From Candidatus Lokiarchaeum ossiferum (lineage in GTDB: Archaea > Asgardarchaeota > Lokiarchaeia > Sigyniarchaeales > Promethearchaeaceae), in assembly GCA_025839675.1 (NCBI GenBank), contig CP104013.1, forward strand, positions 4,830,001-4,862,000: a stretch of DNA of 32,000 nucleotides, written 5' to 3'. Every line of letters starts with the position of its first letter. Positions within the stretch are counted from its first letter, which is position 1. This document shows, in pieces, positions 7,521-16,638 of this stretch. Under the pieces are notes generated by a model. The model was given only the letters and a program-made list of their open reading frames with translations, ran no database searches and had not been told where the DNA came from. A program made the position numbers and the translations under genes.

Positions 7521-9297
7521 TGCTGGGGTTAAAGGAGTAATTACTTCAATAAATGGTTCAGTTATAAAAGTTGAAGGATTTCATAATCAAGCCGTAGGTG
7601 ATATGGTTGAAGTTAGTTTAGATTTGCACTTAACAGGAGAGATTATTAAAATCATTGATAATGTGTCAATTATTCAATGCTATGAAGAAACTGCTGGATT
7701 AAATCTGAATGCAATTGTGACTAATCATTGTTATCCTTTATCTATGGAATTAGGTCCGGGAATGTTGAATTCAATTTTCGATGGGATACAACGCCCCTTG
7801 ACTAGTATTGCTGATATGACGGGTGACTTCATAGATCGGGGGATGAGTGTTGACGCGCTAAATCGAAAGACAATGTGGGATTTTAATCCAACAATAAATG
7901 AAGGTTCACAAGTCAAAGCTGGTGATATCATTGGTTATGTCCATGAGTTTTCTCTTGAACATAAAATTATGGTTCCTCCAAATATTTCTGGAGTTATACA
8001 AGAAATTAAACCAGGAAAATTTACGTTAACCGATGTAATATATAAAATAAAAGATTCTCGCGGTGAATTACGTGAATTTTCACTTTTGACTAAATGGCCG
8101 ATTAGAAGTCCGCGACCCGTAAAAAAACGAAAAATTCCTCAACGTCCTTTATTAACAGGTACCCGTGTATTTGATTTATTATTTCCCGTCGCCCGTGGGG
8201 GAGTTGTTGCAGTTCCTGGAGGATTTGGTACAGGTAAAACAGTCGTTCAACATTCCCTCGCCAAATTTGCAGATGCAGATGTTATTGTATATATCGGTTG
8301 TGGTGAAAGAGGTAACGAAATGGCTGATTTATTGAATACTTTTCCTTTCTTAGAAGATCCTGTAAACAATCGACCTTTGATGGAACGAACGATCATGATT
8401 GCCAATACCAGTAATATGCCAGTTTCAGCTCGTGAAGCTTCTATATTTTCTGGCATTACTATGGCTGAATATTGGCGCGATATGGGAAATCATGTTCTAT
8501 TACTTGCAGATAGCACCAGTCGATGGGCTGAAGCTCTAAGAGAATTATCAGGAAGGCTTGAAGAACTACCGATCGAAGGTGGTTATCCTGCATATCTTGC
8601 AACTAGGTTAAGTAATTTCTACGAACGTGCTGGATTAGTTGAAGTTCTTGGTTCTCCTTCGCGAATGGGATCAATTACCATTGTTGGTGCGGTTTCTCCT
8701 CCTGGAGGTGATTTTTCCGAACCTGTTACCACAAATACTAAGCGATTTGTAAAAGCTTTTTGGGCGTTAGATGCCAGATTAGCATATGCCCGACATTATC
8801 CATCTGTTAATTGGGTAAATTCGTACTCTCTTTATGATAATCTTGCTACTTTTTGGGAAAGCAATATTGCTACTGGCTGGCAAGAATCTCGCAAAGTCGT
8901 AAGCATTATTCTTTCTAAAGCTGAAGAATTAAATAATATCGCAAAGCTTATCGGTCCTGAAAATTTACCTCCTGATCAACAACTCGTTCTCTTTATGGCT
9001 TCCCTTATCAAAGATGGCTTTTTAATTCAGAATGGCTTTAATGAGAATGATCGTTTTAGTTCTCCAGAAAAAACTATGAAGCTCATCTCGGTAATATTGG
9101 AATTTTATGATAGAAGCTTAAAAAAAATTCGGAAAGGTGTTCCTTTCTTTCGGATTCGAGAAATGCATTGTCTGCAATCCTTAAGAAGGGCACGTCTAGA
9201 CATTGGTCCTAAAGATCTTTATAAATTTGAAGAAATATTTCAAGAAATTACCCATGATTTTGAGGGTTTAAAAGCTCAATATGAGGAGTTGCTTTAA
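7510..9297 (+). CDS. atpA: A-type ATP synthase catalytic subunit A
   Basis: Walker A GGFGTGKTV, GCGERGNEM and DSTSRWAEALRE are all present, and the size (595 aa) is right. ATG 7510 is preferred over the ORF-track ATG 7492 because 7492 is part of the SD sequence itself. Confidence 0.97.
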   Translation: MRDDAGVKGVITSINGSVIKVEGFHNQAVGDMVEVSLDLHLTGEIIKIIDNVSIIQCYEETAGLNLNAIVTNHCYPLSMELGPGMLNSIFDGIQRPLTSIADMTGDFIDRGMSVDALNRKTMWDFNPTINEGSQVKAGDIIGYVHEFSLEHKIMVPPNISGVIQEIKPGKFTLTDVIYKIKDSRGELREFSLLTKWPIRSPRPVKKRKIPQRPLLTGTRVFDLLFPVARGGVVAVPGGFGTGKTVVQHSLAKFADADVIVYIGCGERGNEMADLLNTFPFLEDPVNNRPLMERTIMIANTSNMPVSAREASIFSGITMAEYWRDMGNHVLLLADSTSRWAEALRELSGRLEELPIEGGYPAYLATRLSNFYERAGLVEVLGSPSRMGSITIVGAVSPPGGDFSEPVTTNTKRFVKAFWALDARLAYARHYPSVNWVNSYSLYDNLATFWESNIATGWQESRKVVSIILSKAEELNNIAKLIGPENLPPDQQLVLFMASLIKDGFLIQNGFNENDRFSSPEKTMKLISVILEFYDRSLKKIRKGVPFFRIREMHCLQSLRRARLDIGPKDLYKFEEIFQEITHDFEGLKAQYEELL

Positions 9298-9298
9298 G

Positions 9299-10684
9299 AT
9301 GTCAATTGTATACCACAATGTAGAATCAATTAAGGATCCATTATTATTTTTGAAGCCCATTCAAGGGCACGATATCAAAAATGGGAGTGTAGTTAAAATA
9401 AGCACTGAGAATGGCGTTCGAACTGGAATTGTTTTGACGGTAAATACTGAGCTTGTTGTTGTTCAAGTGATTGAAGGTGCTTTTGGTATTGTAATGGGTA
9501 AAACAAACATTACTTTCTTGGATCAAGTTTTTCAGATTGGAGTTTCACGAGAAATGATGGGGCGCCGATTTAATGGAAAAGGTATGCCTATTGATGGTGG
9601 TAAAGCATTTTTACCAGAGGAAATGCGTGATATAAATGGATTACCAATGAATCCAATTAGACGAGCATACCCAAAAGATGTTATTCAAACTGGAATATCT
9701 TCATTTGATTGTTTAAATACTTTAGTACGTGGCCAAAAATTACCAATTTTTAGTGGACAAGGATTACCTCATAATAAATTAGTTGCTCAAATAGTAAATA
9801 ATGCTAAAGTCACAACAAAAGATCCATTCGTGACCATTTTTTGTGGTATTGGACTTTTAGCAGAAGAAGCTCTTTATTTTCAGCAAAAATTCGAAGAACG
9901 AGGTGCAACAAATGTCATATCCTTTATAAATTTAGCTTCCGATCCTACCATTGAAAGAATATTAATTCCCAGAATTGCATTAACTACTGCTGAATTCTTA
10001 GCTTATAAACACAATATGCATGTATTGGTTGTTATGTCTGATATTACAAACTATGCTGAGGCCTTACGTGAAATATCTAATGTAAAAGGGGAAATACCTG
10101 CTAGGAAAGGATTTCCTGGTTATATGTATAGTGATTTTGCTAGTCTCTATGAGCGCGCTGGCCGAATTCGAATGAATATGGGATCTATTACGCAAATTCC
10201 TGTAATATCCATGCCGAATGATGATATTTCTCATCCAATTCCTGATTTAACAGGATACATCACTGAAGGACAAATTGTTCTGAGTCGAGACTATCATCAA
10301 AAAGGGATTTTTCCTCCAATTTACCCTCTAGCTTCACTTTCGAGATTAATGAAAGATAGTATTGGAGAAGGGAATACTCGAGAAGATCATGCAGATGTTT
10401 CGAGTCAGATGTACGCTTGTTATTCCAAAGCCCTTGAAATTCGTGAATTAGAAAGTATTATTGGTACAGAGAGTTTAAGTGATGTTGATAAATTGTACTT
10501 AAAATTTGGAAGCAAATTTGAAAAAAAATTTATTCACCAAGGTGAATCGGAAAGAGATTTTATAAAAACATTAAATCTCGCCTGGAAATTACTTTCTCTT
10601 ATGGGAAAAGGGGAATTGGTGCGAATAAAAAAAGAATATCTAAGTAAATATTTTGTTTATAATGCTGAAGAAATGGATCTTTAA
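9299..10684 (+). CDS. atpB: A-type ATP synthase subunit B
   Basis: SGQGLPHN (the degenerate P-loop typical of B subunits), DITNYAEALREIS and PGYMYSDFASLYERAG. ATG 9299 follows the atpA stop by 1 nt, with GAGGAG at 9283-9288. Confidence 0.97.
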   Translation: MSIVYHNVESIKDPLLFLKPIQGHDIKNGSVVKISTENGVRTGIVLTVNTELVVVQVIEGAFGIVMGKTNITFLDQVFQIGVSREMMGRRFNGKGMPIDGGKAFLPEEMRDINGLPMNPIRRAYPKDVIQTGISSFDCLNTLVRGQKLPIFSGQGLPHNKLVAQIVNNAKVTTKDPFVTIFCGIGLLAEEALYFQQKFEERGATNVISFINLASDPTIERILIPRIALTTAEFLAYKHNMHVLVVMSDITNYAEALREISNVKGEIPARKGFPGYMYSDFASLYERAGRIRMNMGSITQIPVISMPNDDISHPIPDLTGYITEGQIVLSRDYHQKGIFPPIYPLASLSRLMKDSIGEGNTREDHADVSSQMYACYSKALEIRELESIIGTESLSDVDKLYLKFGSKFEKKFIHQGESERDFIKTLNLAWKLLSLMGKGELVRIKKEYLSKYFVYNAEEMDL

Positions 10685-10687
10685 ATT

Positions 10688-10694
10688 GAGGTGA
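10688..10694 (+). promoter_or_regulatory. Shine-Dalgarno GAGGTGA for atpD
   Basis: GAGGTGA lies 4 nt upstream of ATG 10699. Confidence 0.6.
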
Positions 10695-10698
10695 AGAA

Positions 10699-11358
10699 AT
10701 GTCTTTCCAAAATGTAAAACCAACAAAACCAGAACTTGATCGGTTGAAGAAAAAACGTCAATTTTCTGTAAGGGGTGAAAATCTGCTTGAAATTAAGCGA
10801 GAACAATTACTTAATTCATTAAAAACCATATTAGATAAGAATTTCTCTATTCGCAGTGAAATGCGGTCTGAAATTCTCAAGGATATGGATTTATTGGAAA
10901 AAACATATGAAACAATTGGGAAACGAAAAGTAGATCGGATCTCTCGATTGAATGAAGTTACTCTTAAAACCTCTGTAGAAATTAACTATATCCATGAAAT
11001 GGGGATAGATGTTCCAAAACTTGAACTGCATTTTCAAGATAAACCTTTACCCTCATATTCGTATGGTGATACAACTCTACACCTTGATATATTATTGAAA
11101 CGATTGAAGACAACTCTTGGTCGTTTAATTGAAATTGCCGAAGTAGATAGTATGATGTACCGGTTAGCTGAAGACAATAAAAAAATTCAGCGAAGGATTG
11201 ATGCTTTGGATGATATCATTATTCCCCAACTTGATGGTAATATACATACTATTGAAGAAATTTTGAATGATGAAGAACGCGAAGAGTTTATTCGAATGAA
11301 GAAAATTAAAGAATTTTTAGAAGATGATGAAGCGGAAAAGAAAGCTAAAAGTGATTAA
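10699..11358 (+). CDS. atpD: A-type ATP synthase subunit D (central stalk)
   Basis: NVKPTKPELDRLKKKRQFSVRGENLLEIKREQL matches the PT+.EL..LK..L..A.+G..LL..KR. start of subunit D. 219 aa and helical. Confidence 0.9.
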   Translation: MSFQNVKPTKPELDRLKKKRQFSVRGENLLEIKREQLLNSLKTILDKNFSIRSEMRSEILKDMDLLEKTYETIGKRKVDRISRLNEVTLKTSVEINYIHEMGIDVPKLELHFQDKPLPSYSYGDTTLHLDILLKRLKTTLGRLIEIAEVDSMMYRLAEDNKKIQRRIDALDDIIIPQLDGNIHTIEEILNDEEREEFIRMKKIKEFLEDDEAEKKAKSD

Positions 11359-11359
11359 C

Positions 11360-13483
11360 ATGTTAACACCTGAAGATATGACTTACTTAGACATTGCTAT
11401 TCATAAAAGTAAGATCTCTGCATTTTTAAACGAAGTACCGAAACATCGCATACATATTGCTGAATTTAAAGAGCCTAAAGATAAATCTGCTCATCATATC
11501 CGGCGGGAACATAAGATTAATGATGATACGGAAATGATTCAGCATAAAATTAATGAAATTGAAGAAAGTATTATTTATTTTTTTCAGAAACTTGAAATTG
11601 ATCCTAAAAAACTATCAAAACCTGAATTAGATAAGCGAATTTTCTTTGAAGTTACTTCAGTTAATAACGCTATTGATATATTGCATGAAAAAGCTACCAA
11701 TGAAGCGAGACGAATTCGGGCTTATTATAATACTCTAGATAAATATGAAAAAGAACTTAAATTGAATAAGATGTTACGCCAAATTTATTCTTGGGTAGCA
11801 ACTTACTCTGCTACAAAAATTGCATTTGAATGGTTCAATCTATTGGAATTTCGATTGTTTTATATGAATTCATCAGAGTTTGTTGATATGGAGGTTGTTT
11901 TAGAACATGATGAACTTCCAATTGTTTTAGAATATAAAGAAATTTCGGATGATATTACAGCTTTTTTCATGATTTATTTCAAAGAACATCGTCAAAGTAT
12001 AAATGAAATTTGCCATGGTGCCAGTGAATTGACTGATTTTAAGGATCATTTTGATGATTTTGGTGTAAATCTTGATACGATTGATAAAGAGATCCATTTT
12101 GCAAAAGAGCGCTTAATAAAAGCAAATGAATCGATTCAAAAAGTCAAAAATGAGGCTTTAAGGTTTCGTGCTTATATGGAATTATTAGAAAATATCAAAA
12201 AGTATGAGTTAATTGAAATTCAATTCCGAGAAAGTTATGGTTCAGAAATTGTCCGAATGGAAGCTTTCATTCCAACTAAAAATGAAGAATTTATCTGCAA
12301 TTCTTTAGACAAAAAATTCCATAACTATATTAGAATAGCCGCCCGAGTTATTAAGAGAGATGCAATCAGTAATGAAAAACACCTTACAACTTCAAAATTG
12401 ATTGGTACAGATTCCGAGGATTATGATTATTTTACCGATAGATCTGATTCTGATGTGTCTTCCTCATCGATTCCCTCATTAATTAAACCGAAAAAAATAT
12501 TCAAACCTTTTCAATTATTAACACGATTATATGGTACAGCCAATTACTCTGAACTGGATCCTACATCCTTAGTCGCCCTTACATATCCTCTTCTTTTTGG
12601 ATTTATGTTCGGTGATATAGGTCATGGATTGATCTTGTGTACAGTAGGTTTAGTCTTAATTTTTCTAAATAGATCGGACAAAGAAAATTCCATGTATGAT
12701 GCAGGTTTCTTGTTCATATGGCTTGGAATTGCTGCAACTGGTGCAGGTGCATTATACGGTGAGTTTTTCGGATTTCCACTTGCTTATGCTGAGCATCTTG
12801 GATTTAATCCAATGCATGAAATTATTCCAGTTTTGAAAATTTTTGTTTTAGTGGGTGTTGCTCATATCTCATTAGGATGGTTATTATCTATGATCAATTT
12901 CATTCAAAAGAAAAGAGTATTCCTCGCAATTGCTGATCCATTCTTAAAGATTTTAATTCTTATTGGAGGAACCATAATGATTTTCACCTATATGTTCGAA
13001 ATTTCTGCTTGGGTTGCACCTCCATATCCAATATTACTTCCTGTAATCCCTACGCTATTGTTTGTTATTGTTAAACCTCTTGGCCGGATTTTTGGTATAA
13101 AGTATCTTCAAAAAGATTCTGTTGGTGAATTATTTGGAGAACAAGCTTTAGATTTGAGTGAAACTTATTTAGGTATTGTATCAAATGTAGCAAGTTACTC
13201 GCGTCTTCTTGCTCTTTCATTGGTTCATATGAGTTTAATGCTTGTTTTCACAACAATTGCGGATATTATATTGGAAAATGAATTTTTCGGGGATATTGTG
13301 GTTGTGTCAATTGTTCTAGTTATCGGAAACATTTTTGTTATTGTTTTAGAAACTCTGATGGCAGGTATTCATGCTTTACGGTTGACTTTTTATGAATTTT
13401 TTGGAAAATTTTTCCATGCTGATGGAGTTCCTTATTCATTCACAACAATTGATTCCGATTTTAGTTCTATCGAATTTGTGTAA
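11360..13483 (+). CDS. atpI: A-type ATP synthase subunit I (a-subunit homologue, stator/ion channel)
   Basis: 707 aa from ATG 11360 (GTGAT SD-like motif upstream, 1 nt after the atpD stop). Large soluble N-terminal half plus multi-TM C-terminal half. It contains VASYSRLLALSLVH, the conserved ASY.RL.ALSLAH motif that carries the essential Arg. Confidence 0.9.
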   Translation: MLTPEDMTYLDIAIHKSKISAFLNEVPKHRIHIAEFKEPKDKSAHHIRREHKINDDTEMIQHKINEIEESIIYFFQKLEIDPKKLSKPELDKRIFFEVTSVNNAIDILHEKATNEARRIRAYYNTLDKYEKELKLNKMLRQIYSWVATYSATKIAFEWFNLLEFRLFYMNSSEFVDMEVVLEHDELPIVLEYKEISDDITAFFMIYFKEHRQSINEICHGASELTDFKDHFDDFGVNLDTIDKEIHFAKERLIKANESIQKVKNEALRFRAYMELLENIKKYELIEIQFRESYGSEIVRMEAFIPTKNEEFICNSLDKKFHNYIRIAARVIKRDAISNEKHLTTSKLIGTDSEDYDYFTDRSDSDVSSSSIPSLIKPKKIFKPFQLLTRLYGTANYSELDPTSLVALTYPLLFGFMFGDIGHGLILCTVGLVLIFLNRSDKENSMYDAGFLFIWLGIAATGAGALYGEFFGFPLAYAEHLGFNPMHEIIPVLKIFVLVGVAHISLGWLLSMINFIQKKRVFLAIADPFLKILILIGGTIMIFTYMFEISAWVAPPYPILLPVIPTLLFVIVKPLGRIFGIKYLQKDSVGELFGEQALDLSETYLGIVSNVASYSRLLALSLVHMSLMLVFTTIADIILENEFFGDIVVVSIVLVIGNIFVIVLETLMAGIHALRLTFYEFFGKFFHADGVPYSFTTIDSDFSSIEFV

Positions 13484-13497
13484 GGGGAAAAAAAAGA

Positions 13498-13914
13498 TTG
13501 ACCAAAGAAAAAGAATCTCCGAAAAAAAAAAAGAAGAATGCTCTTTTTTTCTTGTCTTCCATTTTTTCATTAATCCTTACATTTGTACTAATTACCTTGC
13601 TAATTCAAAACGTTGAAGCATTTTCTCATGGAGAATCTTCGGGTAGTTTGATAATCTATACTCTTCTTGAAGCTATTGGGTTATTTTTTATTCCAATCAT
13701 ATTCAATCCAAGAGCTGTAAAAAAAAGATTAAATCGAAATTCAAAATCTCCAAAATCTAAAGCAAAAAGTGATCTTGATCTCCGAATTGCTCGAATGGTC
13801 CGCTTGAATCCAAAATACAGCCCAAATTTAATTGTTAAATGCCCTAAGTGTGGTTTTGATAATCCTTCCAAGACTAAAATTTGTTTCAATTGTGCCTTCA
13901 ATTTAAATTTCTAA
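13498..13914 (+). CDS. Small 2-TM membrane protein with basic linker and C-terminal zinc ribbon
   Basis: 138 aa. TTG start 15 nt after the atpI stop, with a GGGG run upstream. Two hydrophobic helices (LFFLSSIFSLILTFVLITLLI; LIIYTLLEAIGLFFIPIIF), a Lys/Ser-rich linker, then CPKCGFDNPSKTKICFNC. Confidence 0.5.
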   Translation: MTKEKESPKKKKKNALFFLSSIFSLILTFVLITLLIQNVEAFSHGESSGSLIIYTLLEAIGLFFIPIIFNPRAVKKRLNRNSKSPKSKAKSDLDLRIARMVRLNPKYSPNLIVKCPKCGFDNPSKTKICFNCAFNLNF

Positions 13915-13984
13915 TTCCTTCTTTATTGCTCTGGTTTTTCTATACCATTAAATTTATTCCAATGAAAACATTATTTGTAGGTAT

Positions 13985-14611
13985 ATGTGTCCTTTATCCT
14001 ACCAAGGTGAAACAGTCGAGGATCAATTGACAAATGCACAACTGCTCGAATCAGGGGAGTTCCCATTGACTCCTATATCTGTTTCTCTGCTTGGAACTAA
14101 ACTCGTTGTTTTCAATAATATTCATGGCTCCTTATTGTATGGATATGGGAGATATTTTGGAATCCCAACGGGAATTCGAAAACCTCGGAATCATATTTTC
14201 GATCGACCCCTAGAACTCACCTTATTTGAGGGTGTTTATCTCTTGAAGCATAAAAAAATCGCTGTTAGAGACCATGATTCTTCGGGTTTCATAACCTTTG
14301 AAGATCTTTATGCTTTGGCTGAGACAAAATTTCCAGAATTTACGGATAAATACTTAATTTATGAAGATTTACGCAATAAGAAGTACATTCCCCGCCCAGG
14401 GCAAAAATTTGGTGCAGATTTTATCGTTTATCGTCAAGGGCCTGGTATCGATCATTCCAGTTTTTGTATTCAAGTGTTATCTAAACACACTAAAATTTCT
14501 TCAATTGATGTTGTACGGAGTGCTCGATTAGCCACTAGTGTCAAAAAACGTTTTATTTTAGCAAATCCCGTGAATAAATCTTATTTTTCATTCAAATGGT
14601 TTAAACCGTGA
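13985..14611 (+). CDS. endA: tRNA-splicing (intron) endonuclease
   Basis: C-terminal catalytic domain FGADFIVYRQGPGIDHSSFCIQV...RSARLATSVKKRFILA, with the Tyr/His/Lys catalytic pattern of archaeal EndA. 208 aa. The N-terminal ~30 aa and the exact start are uncertain. Confidence 0.85.
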   Translation: MCPLSYQGETVEDQLTNAQLLESGEFPLTPISVSLLGTKLVVFNNIHGSLLYGYGRYFGIPTGIRKPRNHIFDRPLELTLFEGVYLLKHKKIAVRDHDSSGFITFEDLYALAETKFPEFTDKYLIYEDLRNKKYIPRPGQKFGADFIVYRQGPGIDHSSFCIQVLSKHTKISSIDVVRSARLATSVKKRFILANPVNKSYFSFKWFKP

Positions 14612-14616
14612 TTTAT

Positions 14617-15444
14617 ATGAAACCACCTAAAGAAATTACAATTAGTCTTATCCAACCTTTCGTAGATCAAGATAATTCTAAGAATTTCCAAAAAATGGAA
14701 ATGCTTATTGGATCTGCTATAAAGGATGGGGCTAAAATAATTTGTCTTCCTGAACGGTGGTTTTTCTTAGATTTTTCAAAAGGTCTAAATGAATATATCC
14801 AACCGATTCAAGGTATTCAGTACCAATATGTGAAAAAATGGTCCAAAATGTTTCAAACTTCAATTATTTCAGGAGGAATTTGGGAACACCATGAAAATAC
14901 CAAGCAATCTTTTGTATCTTCCTATTATTTTAAAAATGGTGAGGAAATCTTCCGACAGGACAAAATTCATCTCTATGGAGCTGAAAAATCCATACTTACT
15001 CCAGGGTCTGAACTTGTTTGTTTTTATGATTCTGAGTTTGATGTAACATTTTGCATTCTAATTTGTTTTGACCTACACATTTCTTCATCTCTCTCTTCCA
15101 TGGCTGTGAAAAATAATTGTGAGATTATTTTTTCCCCAACATTGATCCGGAACGATGGAGAAAATAACTGGAAAACTTATGTACAAGCGCGTAGTTTGGA
15201 AAATCGTATTCCGATCGTGTCTTGTAATTCTATTTTTAATCAATTAGGTAGGGATTTCTGTGGAAAAAGTAAAATTATTCATTTTAATCAAGGATTATCT
15301 AGTCCAGTTACGCTTGTTTCTGAAGAAGCATCAACTAGTGAAGAAGTTCTTACTCGTACAATAAATTTGGAATTTTGCAATAAACTAAGAATTGATCGTA
15401 TGAAAGATATTGTTGATCCAAATTCAATATTGGTGATAAAATAG
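14617..15444 (+). CDS. Carbon-nitrogen hydrolase (nitrilase superfamily)
   Basis: Glu-Lys-Cys triad contexts: ICLPERWF, QDKIHLYG and FCILICFDLH. ATG 14617 (MKPPKEITISLIQ) is preferred over GTG 14608, which overlaps the endA stop. Confidence 0.8.
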   Translation: MKPPKEITISLIQPFVDQDNSKNFQKMEMLIGSAIKDGAKIICLPERWFFLDFSKGLNEYIQPIQGIQYQYVKKWSKMFQTSIISGGIWEHHENTKQSFVSSYYFKNGEEIFRQDKIHLYGAEKSILTPGSELVCFYDSEFDVTFCILICFDLHISSSLSSMAVKNNCEIIFSPTLIRNDGENNWKTYVQARSLENRIPIVSCNSIFNQLGRDFCGKSKIIHFNQGLSSPVTLVSEEASTSEEVLTRTINLEFCNKLRIDRMKDIVDPNSILVIK

Positions 15445-15522
15445 GAATATTGCATTCCTTTTGGGAATAAGAAAGATTTTTGAAGAATCACTAGTTGGTT
15501 TTCTCATTGGAAAGTGACTTTA

Positions 15523-16605
15523 ATGGGAAAAACAACTGCTGAAATATTTGAGCTCGATACTGATCAATATCAAAGATTTCCGGAAGAAAATAATTGTTTC
15601 TTACGGGCACTATATGATAAAGAATTTCCCTCTTATCAGAAAGATCTTCTAACAAATATGGTCGAACTGGTGGATTCGGGTGAAAAAGGGTATCGTCGTC
15701 TCGATTTAGCCCTATATGCGGCTTCTTGGACTATTGATCAACATATGCCATTTGCGGCTAAGTGGTTTCCAAAACCCTCATCCAATGATTATATTCCTAT
15801 TGATATTGTTAAACGACCTCCTGATAATATACCTGTTGATGAATTAACAAAATATACCAAACGTGCAGCGAGATTTTTGGGTGCTTCAGATGTTGGTATT
15901 GCGAAGGTAGATCCAAATTGGATCTTGAAAAATTCAGCAAAAGCAATGGGTCCTGCAGATGAATTAACGAAAGAAAAATTGCGATTAACTAATGTTGAAT
16001 TACCCGAAGGGGTAACAAATTGTATTGTGTGCGCCATTGAAATGGATCCCTCAGGTATTAGAAATGCTCCAAATTTCTTAGAAGTCGCAAGTGTTGGAAT
16101 GGGTTATTCAAATATGACTGCTCTTTCTGTGAGCGTTGCTCAATTTATTCGAAACTTAGGTTATATTGCAATTCCTTCCACAAATGATACGGGTTTTTCA
16201 ATTCCTCTAGCAATTGATGCTGGTTTAGGTGCTTTTGGGCGTAACGGACTTTTGATTCATAAAAAATGGGGGCCGCGTATTCGGTTGTGCAAAATTTTTA
16301 CTAATATGCCTCTAAACACGGATGAACCTGATTATGGATATATTGGTAAAATTGCACAATATTGTAAAGGATGTCGAAAATGTGCTGAAGAGTGTGAAGC
16401 TGAAGCAATTTCCTTTGCTGATGGGCCCGATCGTAGAGTACGCTGTTCTTCAAATAATCCGGGGGTAAAAAAATGGTATGTTGACACAAATGCGTGCTAT
16501 GGAATTTGGGTAAAACATGGAACGGATTGCGGAAATTGTATTCAAGTCTGTCCCTTTAGTAAAACCCCAAATAAACTTACTCCCGATGAATTTTGGGACA
16601 TGTAA
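15523..16605 (+). CDS. Reductive dehalogenase (RdhA) family protein, no TAT signal
   Basis: RdhA-like core (AARFLGASDVGIAKVDPNW; IPLAIDAGLGAFGRNGLLIHKKWGPRIRLCKIFTNMPL). Two Fe-S motifs: CKGCRKCAEEC and C-x11-CGNCIQVCP. ATG 15523 has AGTGA upstream; GTG 15514 is an alternative start. Confidence 0.8.
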   Translation: MGKTTAEIFELDTDQYQRFPEENNCFLRALYDKEFPSYQKDLLTNMVELVDSGEKGYRRLDLALYAASWTIDQHMPFAAKWFPKPSSNDYIPIDIVKRPPDNIPVDELTKYTKRAARFLGASDVGIAKVDPNWILKNSAKAMGPADELTKEKLRLTNVELPEGVTNCIVCAIEMDPSGIRNAPNFLEVASVGMGYSNMTALSVSVAQFIRNLGYIAIPSTNDTGFSIPLAIDAGLGAFGRNGLLIHKKWGPRIRLCKIFTNMPLNTDEPDYGYIGKIAQYCKGCRKCAEECEAEAISFADGPDRRVRCSSNNPGVKKWYVDTNACYGIWVKHGTDCGNCIQVCPFSKTPNKLTPDEFWDM

Positions 16606-16616
16606 GTTCTTATATC

Positions 16617-16633
16617 TTTCTTTTTTTTTCTTT
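16617..16633 (+). terminator. T-rich tract (TTTC-T9-C-TTT) after the RdhA-like gene
   Basis: Located in the 33-nt gap between two convergent genes, 12 nt after the stop codon. Confidence 0.35.
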
Positions 16634-16638
16634 AATGT

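Noticed and set aside
9281-9298. ATG 9281 as the atpB start. The same question applies to 11324 for atpI and 21310 for the CPBP protease.
   Set aside because: The extended versions overlap the preceding gene and add non-conserved residues. The downstream ATGs (9299, 11360, 21424) abut the upstream stops, and SD-like motifs precede 9299 and 11360.
7510-10684. Possible intein in atpA or atpB, which occurs in some archaeal A subunits.
   Set aside because: Both proteins are of normal length (595 and 461 aa) with contiguous catalytic motifs. No Cys/Ser...HN splice junction insertion is present.
13392-13616. 74-aa ORF bridging the atpI 3' end and the zinc-ribbon gene.
   Set aside because: It is an alternate frame of two better-supported genes, with no start context or motif.
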